Below are positions 25,607-34,289 of a stretch of DNA of 64,000 bases, piece after piece. The notes beneath the pieces were generated by a model, which did not search any database, was not told where the DNA came from, and saw only the letters and a program-made list of their open reading frames with translations. Origin of the DNA: Candidatus Parcubacteria bacterium. Lineage in GTDB: Bacteria > Patescibacteriota > Patescibacteriia > CAIXNZ01. A program made the translations under genes and the position numbers. Location of the stretch: the NCBI GenBank assembly GCA_026395685.1, contig JAPLYG010000009.1, positions 81,519 through 145,518 on the forward strand, read 5' to 3'. Within the stretch, counting starts at the first letter, position 1. Every line of letters starts with the position of its first letter.

Positions 25607-26788
25607 TTAATTTTCAAGTTTTAATTCTTTTTTTAAAACCGACAGCAAAGTCCCCAATCCCCACAAAACAATAGCCAGTTTAACAAACCAGCCTAAAAGA
25701 GGAATTGAACATATCAAATAGATAATTAATAAACCAATTATCATTGACCAGACTGCAGCCGGAGCATTTTGTCGGAAGATTTTCTTTAACACTTTTTCAC
25801 CGATATAAACGCCGATAAAAATACGGCACAGATAAATGGCTGTCAGATATAAGCCGCCTAAAATCATACTAAGCGGAAAACCGATAAATGTCACGGCTAA
25901 AATCATTAATGCAATCGGAATAACGATTAGATAAACAAAACCTTTTAAGATATTCAAAATAATATTTTTCTCTAATTCCATTTTTATCTTGCCGACAAAA
26001 TTCTTAAAAATAAATACCATTACCAAGCCGACAACAATTGCACCCAATAAACCCGCCAGCCAGAAAATTAATCTCAGCATATAGTTCGGTGCAGCCGGCT
26101 GAGGTGTTTCAATTTTTAATTGCGTGAATTTTTCTTCGCCTTTAATCTGTGCCCCGGCCTGTATTTCAGCCTGAAAAGGCGCGGTATATTCAAAATTACC
26201 GTTAATAATCGCGCTTGGCAGTAAAGTCAGAGAGCCTTCAGCGTCAATTCCAATATAGGCACTGCCTGTAATTTCATTGTTAATTAACAGATTACCTGCG
26301 GCGCAATATAAATTTTTCTTAATTTTACCGAATTCATCTACATTGCCGCCTAAGATAATGGCGCTTTTACCGATTTCAGCATCCTTATTTATAGTAATAG
26401 TTCCACCCAAGGCTGTCAGGTTACCTTCAATTTTGCCGTTAATTGTGACTGTCGCACCGGCTACTCTTAAATCCCCCTTAATTACTGAATTAATAACCAC
26501 GCTCGAACCAGCGACCATTAAATCCCCGTCAATCGGACCGGAAACAACCACATTGGCACCCGCCAAATAGACATCGTCTTTCATCTGGCTATTAAGATTG
26601 ATGTTTTGTCCGCTAGCCCAATATACATTTTCAAACACCTGGTCTGTTGATAAAAACAAGTTAATATTCTGGGGCTGATCAGCGCCTTTTCCCTGACAAT
26701 TTGTACTGGGCGCCATTAATATTAACACCGAAACAATCAAGAGCACTAAAATATTGAGTTTTTTACCTAATTTTTGCCTAAATTTCAT
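25607..26788 (-). CDS. Bactofilin-like beta-helix repeat protein fused to a polytopic membrane domain
   Basis: Repetitive V.G.I.GDL.VAG..V.ING turns (VSGPIDGDLMVAGSSVVINSVIKGDLRVAGATVTINGKIEGNL...) resemble bactofilin (DUF583). There is an N-terminal signal/TM and a C-terminal block of four or more TM helices. Start placed at MKFRQKLGKK, which has a GGAG upstream. Confidence 0.55.
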   Translation of the reverse strand: MKFRQKLGKKLNILVLLIVSVLILMAPSTNCQGKGADQPQNINLFLSTDQVFENVYWASGQNINLNSQMKDDVYLAGANVVVSGPIDGDLMVAGSSVVINSVIKGDLRVAGATVTINGKIEGNLTALGGTITINKDAEIGKSAIILGGNVDEFGKIKKNLYCAAGNLLINNEITGSAYIGIDAEGSLTLLPSAIINGNFEYTAPFQAEIQAGAQIKGEEKFTQLKIETPQPAAPNYMLRLIFWLAGLLGAIVVGLVMVFIFKNFVGKIKMELEKNIILNILKGFVYLIVIPIALMILAVTFIGFPLSMILGGLYLTAIYLCRIFIGVYIGEKVLKKIFRQNAPAAVWSMIIGLLIIYLICSIPLLGWFVKLAIVLWGLGTLLSVLKKELKLEN

Positions 26789-26846
26789 AATAGGCTTCTC
26801 CTTTTTTAGCACTCCTATGACTAGGGGTGGATATTAGATTGAATAA

Positions 26847-26876
26847 AATTAAAATTTCTTTTGACATTAGGCCGTT
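26847..26876 (+). promoter_or_regulatory. Sigma-70-like promoter upstream of lemA
   Basis: TTGACA-18 nt-TATAAT (ttgacattaggccgttttctatacTATAAT), about 120 nt upstream of the lemA ATG. Confidence 0.4.
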
Positions 26877-26996
26877 TTCTATACTATAATTAGTACAGAT
26901 ATTCAGCTAGCCGTATGCTGAATTTCGTAGCGTATTAAAATAAGCCTAATTTATAACTTAAGTATATTAAATTTAATTAATTTAAGCAAAAAAACT

Positions 26997-27548
26997 ATGG
27001 AAATTTTGGGGATAGTACTCATTGTAGTTGCCATATTAATTGTCTGGTTAATTGCCGTCTACAATGATTTAATCAAAAGCCGAAACCGCGTGGATGAAGC
27101 TTGGTCAGATATTGATGTACAATTAAAGCGCCGCTATGACCTGATTCCAAATTTAGTGGAAACTGTTAAAGGTTATGCCGGGCATGAAAATCAGGTATTT
27201 ACCAAAGTAACAGAAGCCCGTTCTCAGGCTATGCAGGCAAAATCAATTGATGAAAAAGGCAAAGCTGAAGGCATGTTATCACAAACTTTAAAATCATTAT
27301 TTGCCGTAGCTGAATCATATCCTGAATTAAAAGCCTCAACTAATTTTTTACAGTTACAGGATGAATTAAGCGACACAGAAAATAAAATCCAGGCCTCTCG
27401 CCGTTTCTACAATGGCAATGTCCGTGATTTCAATACTAAAATTCAAGTTTTCCCCAATACTTTAGTCGCCAGTTTGTTAGGTTTTAAAAAATACGATTTT
27501 TTCCAGGCTGAAGAAGGTGAAAAAGCAGCCCCTCAAGTCAAATTCTAA
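26997..27548 (+). CDS. lemA: LemA family protein
   Basis: N-terminal TM followed by LIKSRNRVDEAWSDIDVQLKRRYDLIPNLVETVKGYAGHE, the LemA signature. Confidence 0.85.
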   Translation: MEILGIVLIVVAILIVWLIAVYNDLIKSRNRVDEAWSDIDVQLKRRYDLIPNLVETVKGYAGHENQVFTKVTEARSQAMQAKSIDEKGKAEGMLSQTLKSLFAVAESYPELKASTNFLQLQDELSDTENKIQASRRFYNGNVRDFNTKIQVFPNTLVASLLGFKKYDFFQAEEGEKAAPQVKF

Positions 27549-27641
27549 AATTACTAATTGCTAATTAGCTACTAATCTATAATTATCAATATTCATAGAT
27601 TAGTAGAATATTCGCATATTAGCCTGCCTGACGCCTGCCTG

Positions 27642-28553
27642 ATGGTAGGCAGGGCAGACAGGTATCCTATGTACCAACAAATCGATTCCAATAAGAGAAA
27701 GACCGCCATACTAATGGTATTGTTTATTATTTTTGTATTAGGGTTGGGCTGGCTTTTCAGCTATTTAAGTGAGATGGGCTCTGGGGGCATTTTTTTAGCG
27801 GCAATTATTTCTCTGGCCATGGCAGCAACCAGCTATTATGCTGGCGACAAGATCGCCTTAACAACTGCCGGCGCCAAAGAAATAGCCAAAGAGGATAATC
27901 CCTATGTTTATCGTTTGGTGGAAAATTTATGCATCACTGCCGGGTTGCCAATACCCAAGGTATATATTATTTATGATCCCAATATTAATGCCTTTGCTAC
28001 TGGCCGCGATCCGCAGCATGCTTCGCTTGCCGTTACCCAGGGCGCAATTAATAAATTAGAAAATTTAGAATTGGAAGGCGTTATTGCCCATGAATTAGCG
28101 CATATTAAAAATTATGACATCCGCTTCATGATGGTAATAATCGTCCTGGTCGGCATTATTGCCCTGCTCGCAGACTGGCTAATGCACGGCTTTTTATGGA
28201 ATAGAAGCAACCGGGATAAAGGGAATCTGGGCATAATATTTTTAATCGCCGGCATCGCGCTGGCCATCCTTTCCCCGCTAATCGCTAAAATTATTCAATT
28301 AGCAATTTCACGCCGACGGGAATATTTAGCTGATGCCACAGGATCGCTTTTAACCCGTTACCCTCAGGGCTTAGCTAATGCTTTGGAAAAAATCGGGCAG
28401 GAAAATATTAACCCGCTAATCCGCGCTAATAATGCAACCGCTCATCTATATATAGCCAACCCCTTTGGCCAGACAAGAAAACTATTTTCCAATTTATTTT
28501 CTACTCATCCCCCGCTGGAGGATCGTATCGCCCAGTTGAGATCCATGGCTTAA
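27642..28553 (+). CDS. htpX: Zn-dependent protease HtpX (M48 family)
   Basis: HELAHIKNYD (HExxH), downstream Glu, and four TM helices. The true start may be the MYQQID Met at 27669. Confidence 0.85.
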   Translation: MVGRADRYPMYQQIDSNKRKTAILMVLFIIFVLGLGWLFSYLSEMGSGGIFLAAIISLAMAATSYYAGDKIALTTAGAKEIAKEDNPYVYRLVENLCITAGLPIPKVYIIYDPNINAFATGRDPQHASLAVTQGAINKLENLELEGVIAHELAHIKNYDIRFMMVIIVLVGIIALLADWLMHGFLWNRSNRDKGNLGIIFLIAGIALAILSPLIAKIIQLAISRRREYLADATGSLLTRYPQGLANALEKIGQENINPLIRANNATAHLYIANPFGQTRKLFSNLFSTHPPLEDRIAQLRSMA

Positions 28554-28599
28554 AAATTATAAATTGAATATTATAAACTAAAAATTTATTTCAATTCCC

Positions 28600-29355
28600 A
28601 TGCCCCAAAAAACATCTCTTCTCAAATTCTTTAAAGATTTTAAAGAAAACACAAAAAAACACTCCCCTAATTTGGTTTTTGCCACGCTATTTACGGCTAT
28701 TTTTGCCGCAATCATTTTGACGATCTTTTTCGGCCTCTACTATTTTATTATGTCCAAGTCATCACTAAGCACATTTTTGGCCGTGCGCTTTACTTTTCTG
28801 GTTATTAATTACCTTTTAGTGCTGATTTTATCTTCCATTGTGCAAATAATAGTAATTAAGGTGTTCTTCGAGCCGGAGCTCAAACTTGCAAATCTAGTCG
28901 GCCATGTAAAAGATTACTTCTGGAAATTCTTAGGATTAAGCATAGTAATTAACATCTTGTTTTTACTTTTTTGCCTGCCCATCTATGCCGCGCTGCTATT
29001 ATTTGCCATTGAAAACTTTATTCTCGCCATAGTATCTCTAATTACCGGTATCTTACTGATATTATTTTTTACCGCGTATGTTATGTTCAGCCCTTTTATT
29101 TTGATTGAAAAAAAGGAAAAAGTTTACCATGCGCTCAAACAATCAATGGATATGGCTTCAGGCAACCTTTGGGGCATTCTTAGCAAATTGCTTATTTTAA
29201 TCGTTATTCTGATTGCCTTAAACTACATTGCCACCTTATTTATAAATATTCCCTGGGTCGGCCAAGTCTTTGAATTAGCCGGTATTTTCCTTCTTTTTTT
29301 AGTAACTTTCATCTACGTTTTTACTCTTTACGAAAATATTAAAATTAAAAATTAA
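28600..29355 (+). CDS. Polytopic membrane protein (251 aa), hypothetical
   Basis: Five to six hydrophobic helices. No recognisable domain. Confidence 0.5.
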   Translation: MPQKTSLLKFFKDFKENTKKHSPNLVFATLFTAIFAAIILTIFFGLYYFIMSKSSLSTFLAVRFTFLVINYLLVLILSSIVQIIVIKVFFEPELKLANLVGHVKDYFWKFLGLSIVINILFLLFCLPIYAALLLFAIENFILAIVSLITGILLILFFTAYVMFSPFILIEKKEKVYHALKQSMDMASGNLWGILSKLLILIVILIALNYIATLFINIPWVGQVFELAGIFLLFLVTFIYVFTLYENIKIKN

Positions 29356-29365
29356 TTTCTAACTT

Positions 29366-30643
29366 TTGGCAATGGCGGCTCTAAACACCCAACCGATAAT
29401 ACCCAATGACTTAGCTGGCCAAGTAGCCAGAGAGCTTAAGTTAAAAAAAGATTCGGTTAAAAACAAAAAATATAACCGCCAGGTCGCTAATCTGCAAAAA
29501 AAGCTATCGTCTATTGCCCAAGATTTAAATTCAGAATCTGAAAATGGAAAAAAGGCGGGTGCAAGACAGCTTCGGGAAGAAAACGCCACTACCTCTGCTG
29601 AAGATACAGAAGCAGAAACACCGCAACCACAGGCGCAACAGGCACCCGGTGCAAAAAATAAGAAAAAAAATATTCCCCCAAAAGATGCCCGGCAAGCTGC
29701 CGGACAAGCAAAAAAATCAGCGCCCGGTAACCAAGCTCAAGCACCTGAAGGCTCTAAAACTACGCCCGCAAATCAAAATAACAACATACCGGCTGAAACT
29801 TTATTGGGCCAAAAACAGCCACAGCAGCCAGAAAACCTAGAAGCTGATACTTTACAAAAAGCCCCTCAACCTGAGGAAGCTGAAGAAAATGCAGCAGCAG
29901 AACCCGAGACAGAACCAGAAGAAGAAGAAAACGAAGAGAATACAGCTCCTTATCAACCATTAACTCAAGATGAAGAAGGAGCAGAAGGCGAAACAAAAAA
30001 AGAAGAAAAGGAGAAGCAAGATGAGGAACCTGAAACACCAGAACAAGCCCCGATGCAAAAAGAAACACCAGCAGAAGGACAACCAGCGCCAACGGAAAGG
30101 CAAGGTGCAGCAGAGGAAATAACTGAAAAGATAGAATCAGAAGAAGAAGAAAAAGAAGCAGAAAGAGATTTATCAAGAGAGCAGCGTTTGGCTGCTATAG
30201 CGGAAAAAAAAGAGGAAGAAAAAGAAGGCAAAGGCGAAGAAAGTCAGGGCGCAGAAGCAGCGAAAAGTCCTCTGGATATTGGCTGGCAACTGGCATCGGC
30301 TAAAGCGTTAATTTGGTCTTGGACTACTTTCTACTATGTGTTACCCCTTCTTTATACAAATTTCCATTTTATCGGAAAATATATTGCTTACAGCAACTGG
30401 TTTTGTAAATTTGGCGAGGAGGTAACTATTACCAAAAAAGCAACGAGCCAAATGGCTGCACAAGTACTTGGTGAGAAGAACGAAAATAATCCCATGGCAG
30501 GAATCCTTGCAGCCGGATCCGAATGGTTAGAAATAATAGCGCTGTTTACTCTTGATTTAATTATTAGTCTGATAATAGGCGGATTTATCTATCTAGTTTA
30601 TTATGTATTGGAACATTATAGCTGGATAACGCATATCCTATAA
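29366..30643 (+). CDS. Acidic, low-complexity (E/K/Q/P-rich) disordered protein with a C-terminal membrane domain
   Basis: 425 aa. Residues about 60-300 are highly charged and disordered (PEEAEENAAAEPETEPEEEENEEN...). The C-terminal 120 aa contains TM helices (IIALFTLDLIISLIIGGFIYLVYYV). Confidence 0.5.
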   Translation: MAMAALNTQPIIPNDLAGQVARELKLKKDSVKNKKYNRQVANLQKKLSSIAQDLNSESENGKKAGARQLREENATTSAEDTEAETPQPQAQQAPGAKNKKKNIPPKDARQAAGQAKKSAPGNQAQAPEGSKTTPANQNNNIPAETLLGQKQPQQPENLEADTLQKAPQPEEAEENAAAEPETEPEEEENEENTAPYQPLTQDEEGAEGETKKEEKEKQDEEPETPEQAPMQKETPAEGQPAPTERQGAAEEITEKIESEEEEKEAERDLSREQRLAAIAEKKEEEKEGKGEESQGAEAAKSPLDIGWQLASAKALIWSWTTFYYVLPLLYTNFHFIGKYIAYSNWFCKFGEEVTITKKATSQMAAQVLGEKNENNPMAGILAAGSEWLEIIALFTLDLIISLIIGGFIYLVYYVLEHYSWITHIL

Positions 30644-30701
30644 TTTTCGCCTAATGTTATATGAAATCTTAAATAATAAAAATATATTAATTATTTAAAT
30701 T

Positions 30702-31964
30702 ATGTCTGACAAATTAAAAAAGTATTTATTAATCATCGGCTTTGTCTTATTAGTTTTATTCCTGGGCTTTTTAATTTATTGGCTTTTTTTCCGGGAAATT
30801 ATTCCCCTGCCCTTCCAAAATATTGTAACCCCTGTCAATAATGCCAATTTTCCCAATGCTAATGAAAAGCCGCCAATAACAAATTTAAACGGGAATGAAA
30901 ATGTAGCGCCTATTAACGAGCAAATATTGCCGGCACTGCCGCCGGTAACCGGCGAAGTGGGTCCCACCATCTCCCCGTTTGCGAATGGCGGATTGACTGA
31001 TTACACTACCCTGGAAACAAGATTTGTTTCTTCCCCGACCTTAGCTGCCAATGGCCGTGATTTGGTTTATTATGACAAAACAGACGGATTCATTTATAAA
31101 CTTATAACAGAAACAGGCGCTAAGGAAAAATTTAACGAAAACCAGTTCAATAATGTTGAAAAAGCCACCTGGTCAAATAATATGGCTAAAGCAGTCTTTG
31201 AATATCCTGACGGCGGTAATGTGGTTTTTGATTTTAATACCAATCTATCAGTGACTTTACCCAGCCAATGGAAAGATTTCTCTTTTTCTCCTGATGGCAA
31301 TAAGCTTGCTTTTAAAAATATAATGCTTGATCCGGAAGAACGCTATATATCCATAGCCAATAGCAATGGCAGTGATTTTACCGAAATCCAGGCCATTGGT
31401 GAAAAAGACAGCGATTTGTATGTTGATTGGAGCCCGAATAATAAATACGTAGCTTTATATCGCGAGGGCATGGATGCCAGCCGTTCAGAAATTTACCCTA
31501 TCGGCTTTAATGATGAAAATTTTGCCAGCATCAGAGTCGAAGGACGTAACCCAAGCTTTCTTTACTCGCCTAGCGGCAATCTTTTACTTTATAGCGTATT
31601 TAATTCCCGTTCTGACTTTAAACCTCTTTTATGGTTTGTCATAAGTGATACTGCCAGCCTGGGCGCCGGACGACGTGATTTGGGACTGAATACCTGGGCC
31701 TCCAAATGCACATTTGCCACGGAAACAATTGTTTATTGCGCAGTGCCACGGACAATGGAAATGGGCACCGGTTATATTCCTTCACTGGCAGATAATACTC
31801 CGGATGACTTTTTCCGCATTAATTTAACAACTACTAATAAGACGATGATTGCCCGCCCGATTTTCAATACCACCGTGGAAAAACTCTTTGTCTCAAGCGA
31901 CCAGAGCAAATTATATTGGTATGAAAAAGGCACAGGCAACATCAAAGAAATTAAATTAAAGTAA
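30702..31964 (+). CDS. Membrane-anchored PD40/TolB-like beta-propeller repeat protein
   Basis: N-terminal TM followed by repeated FSPDGNKLAF / WSPNNKYVAL / YSPSGNLLLY blades. Confidence 0.55.
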   Translation: MSDKLKKYLLIIGFVLLVLFLGFLIYWLFFREIIPLPFQNIVTPVNNANFPNANEKPPITNLNGNENVAPINEQILPALPPVTGEVGPTISPFANGGLTDYTTLETRFVSSPTLAANGRDLVYYDKTDGFIYKLITETGAKEKFNENQFNNVEKATWSNNMAKAVFEYPDGGNVVFDFNTNLSVTLPSQWKDFSFSPDGNKLAFKNIMLDPEERYISIANSNGSDFTEIQAIGEKDSDLYVDWSPNNKYVALYREGMDASRSEIYPIGFNDENFASIRVEGRNPSFLYSPSGNLLLYSVFNSRSDFKPLLWFVISDTASLGAGRRDLGLNTWASKCTFATETIVYCAVPRTMEMGTGYIPSLADNTPDDFFRINLTTTNKTMIARPIFNTTVEKLFVSSDQSKLYWYEKGTGNIKEIKLK

Positions 31965-31968
31965 CTTT

Positions 31969-32145
31969 ATGGCAAAATTCTCCTTACCACGATCACCGAA
32001 GATGGATTTTTTCTATTTTATAGTTTTTTCCCTTGTTGTTATAATCATTTTTACTGTCATTATAATCGGCACTTTTTATGACTACTGGCAAAGAGGCCAC
32101 AAAATAGAGCAATATTATAAAAGTCCTGTTTCCAGCGCTCTCTAA
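31969..32145 (+). CDS. Small single-TM membrane protein (58 aa), translationally coupled to radA
   Basis: MAKFSLPRSPKMDFFYFIVFSLVVIIIFTVIIIGTFYDYWQRGHKIEQYYKSPVSSAL. Its stop lies 3 nt before the radA ATG. It is below the 60-aa cutoff of the ORF track. Confidence 0.3.
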   Translation: MAKFSLPRSPKMDFFYFIVFSLVVIIIFTVIIIGTFYDYWQRGHKIEQYYKSPVSSAL

Positions 32146-32148
32146 ATT

Positions 32149-33486
32149 ATGTCTAAACAACCTCAAACAATTTTCAGCTGCACAAAATGCGGCGCCCAGC
32201 ATCCAAAATGGACTGGGCGTTGTTTGACTTGCGGCGCCTGGGGCACAATATCAGAAGAAACGGAAAATGAAAAAATCCAAATGACTCATATCAAAGTGGA
32301 TACCTCGCAATTAGTTGACTTTAATATAGCGCAAACTACAAAATTTGAACGGCTAATTACCGGCTTTGACGAATTCGATCGGGTACTGGGCGGAGGGATT
32401 GTCAGCGGCAGCTTGCTTTTACTCGGAGGCGAGCCGGGAATCGGCAAATCAACCATTGTCCTGCAAATCTGCCAACAGCTCAAAGCCCATATTCTATATG
32501 TTTCCGGAGAAGAATCAGCCAGCCAAATTAAGATGCGGGTGGACAGGCTTAATCTTAATTTCGCCAATTTAAAATTTTTAGCGGAAAACAATATAGAAAA
32601 AATAGTAGGCTTTGCCCTTGAAGAAAAACCGAACCTGATTATCATTGACTCGATTCAAACTTTATATTCCACCGAATTGCCGTCTGAAGCCGGCTCAATT
32701 AATCAGGTACGCATTTGTACTGTCAAACTTTTAGAAATCGCCAAAAAGTATAATATCTCAATTTTATTAATCGGTCATGTTACTAAAGACGGCCAAGTCG
32801 CAGGACCCAAATCTTTAGAACATTTAGTTGATGCCGTCTTATATTTAGAAGCGTCGACCGGCAATGACTTTAGACTTTTACGCTGCGCAAAAAACCGCTT
32901 TGGCTCAACTCAGGAAATAGGTATTTTCAGCATGACCAATAACGGGCTGGAAGAAGTAAAAAATCCCTCCGAATTATTTTTACCGCAGAATCAGGAACCA
33001 GCATCAGGCTCAGCCTTAACCTGTGTAATGGAAGGCAGCCGGCCGTTTTTGATTGAAGTCCAAGCGCTGGTAACCAAAACCATGTTTGGCTATCCGCAAA
33101 GAAAAAGTGCGGGTTATGATTTAAACCGCCTGCAAATGCTGATCGCGGTTTTGATTAAACGCACTCAAGTACCGCTTTTAAATCAAGATGTCTTTTTGAA
33201 TATCACCGGCGGCTTGAAAATAACTGAAACCGGCGCAGATTTAGCAGTTTGCCTGGCAATTGTTTCTTCCCTAAAAAATATAATTATTCCGGACAGAACT
33301 TCAATCATTGGTGAAGTCGGTCTGGGCGGTGAAATCAGGCCAGTATATCAGCTGGAAAAAAGAGTCGAAGAATCCCTGAAAATGAATTTTAAAAAGATTT
33401 TGATTCCGAACAGCAAAATCAAGCTGGAACGTAAAGAACTGATTGTAGTAAAAAATCTTGAAGAGGCGATTAAAGCTATTAACTAA
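32149..33486 (+). CDS. radA: DNA repair protein RadA/Sms
   Basis: C4 zinc finger CTKCGAQHPKWTGRCLTCGAW. Walker A GGEPGIGKST. KNRFG motif. Lon-like C-terminal domain. Confidence 0.95.
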   Translation: MSKQPQTIFSCTKCGAQHPKWTGRCLTCGAWGTISEETENEKIQMTHIKVDTSQLVDFNIAQTTKFERLITGFDEFDRVLGGGIVSGSLLLLGGEPGIGKSTIVLQICQQLKAHILYVSGEESASQIKMRVDRLNLNFANLKFLAENNIEKIVGFALEEKPNLIIIDSIQTLYSTELPSEAGSINQVRICTVKLLEIAKKYNISILLIGHVTKDGQVAGPKSLEHLVDAVLYLEASTGNDFRLLRCAKNRFGSTQEIGIFSMTNNGLEEVKNPSELFLPQNQEPASGSALTCVMEGSRPFLIEVQALVTKTMFGYPQRKSAGYDLNRLQMLIAVLIKRTQVPLLNQDVFLNITGGLKITETGADLAVCLAIVSSLKNIIIPDRTSIIGEVGLGGEIRPVYQLEKRVEESLKMNFKKILIPNSKIKLERKELIVVKNLEEAIKAIN

Positions 33487-33586
33487 GAAACAAACTGCAT
33501 GTTAGCGCTGACAATAAATTATATTAACTCCCGAATTTAATACTTAATTATACCCCTTAGCGCGGGGTCTTTTTATTTAGTATGCT

Positions 33587-34228
33587 ATGCCGGCTTATCG
33601 AAGATTAAATCCTAAATTTTATCAGCAAAATACTTTTGAGTTTGCCCGGGATTTGCTGGGTAAGTATTTGATGCGTAAGCAGGGCAAATACACCTTAATT
33701 GGCAAGATCGTTGAAACAGAGGCCTATTTTGGCCCAAATGACCTAGCTTCACACGCCTCCCGCGGTAAAACAGCCCGAACACAGATGATGTTTGAGCATG
33801 CCGGATTGGCTTATATTTATCTGATTTATGGAATGTATTATTGCTTCAATATTGTTACGGAAGCCAAGGATTTCCCTGCCGCCATCCTAATCCGCGCCGT
33901 CGAACCCATCTCGGGAATTTCTCAAATGCAAAAAAACCGTCATCTAAATAAAAAACTTATAGTCCCAATGCCTAATGCCCAATGCCCAATCCCTAATCTA
34001 ACCAACGGTCCCGCCAAACTCTGCCAAGCCTTTAAGATTGATAAAAAGCTAAACGGCCATAATCTAATCACCAGCAAACTTCTCTACTTGGCTGAAAATC
34101 CTAAAGAAAAAATCAAGCCCTCTCAAATCCAAAGCGCCAAACGCGTCAACATTGACTATGCCGGGCATTATAAGCATAAGCTTTGGCGCTACTATATCAA
34201 AAACAATACTTTTGTGTCAATGAAATAA
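33587..34228 (+). CDS. mpg: DNA-3-methyladenine glycosylase (Mpg/AAG family)
   Basis: FARDLLGKYLMRK...IVETEAYFGPNDLASHASRGKTARTQMMFEHAGLAYIYLIYGMYYCFNIV matches PF02245. A low-complexity insertion (MPNAQCPIPNL) lies in the C-terminal part. Confidence 0.8.
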   Translation: MPAYRRLNPKFYQQNTFEFARDLLGKYLMRKQGKYTLIGKIVETEAYFGPNDLASHASRGKTARTQMMFEHAGLAYIYLIYGMYYCFNIVTEAKDFPAAILIRAVEPISGISQMQKNRHLNKKLIVPMPNAQCPIPNLTNGPAKLCQAFKIDKKLNGHNLITSKLLYLAENPKEKIKPSQIQSAKRVNIDYAGHYKHKLWRYYIKNNTFVSMK

Positions 34229-34239
34229 TACAAAGAACA

Positions 34240-34270
34240 AAAAAAGAACCCCGCAGGGTTCTTTTTTTAT
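34240..34270. terminator. Bidirectional intrinsic terminator between mpg (+) and the peptidase gene (-)
   Basis: acaaaaaaaGAACCCcgcaGGGTTCttttttt has a 6-bp GC stem flanked by A- and T-runs. Confidence 0.7.
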
Positions 34271-34289
34271 CTTATCCGATACTTCCAAA

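Noticed and set aside
29760-30231. Two minus-strand ORFs (138 and 88 aa) and the plus-strand ORF at 29544-29840
   Set aside because: They overlap the low-complexity GAA/GAG-rich region of gene 29366-30643. Repetitive codons keep alternative frames open. Their translations are leucine- and serine-rich nonsense.
33965-34000. Short tandem repeat (caatgcc x2, cctaat x2) inside mpg
   Set aside because: It is in frame and only adds a low-complexity MPNAQCPIPNL segment. It is noted but is not a separate element.
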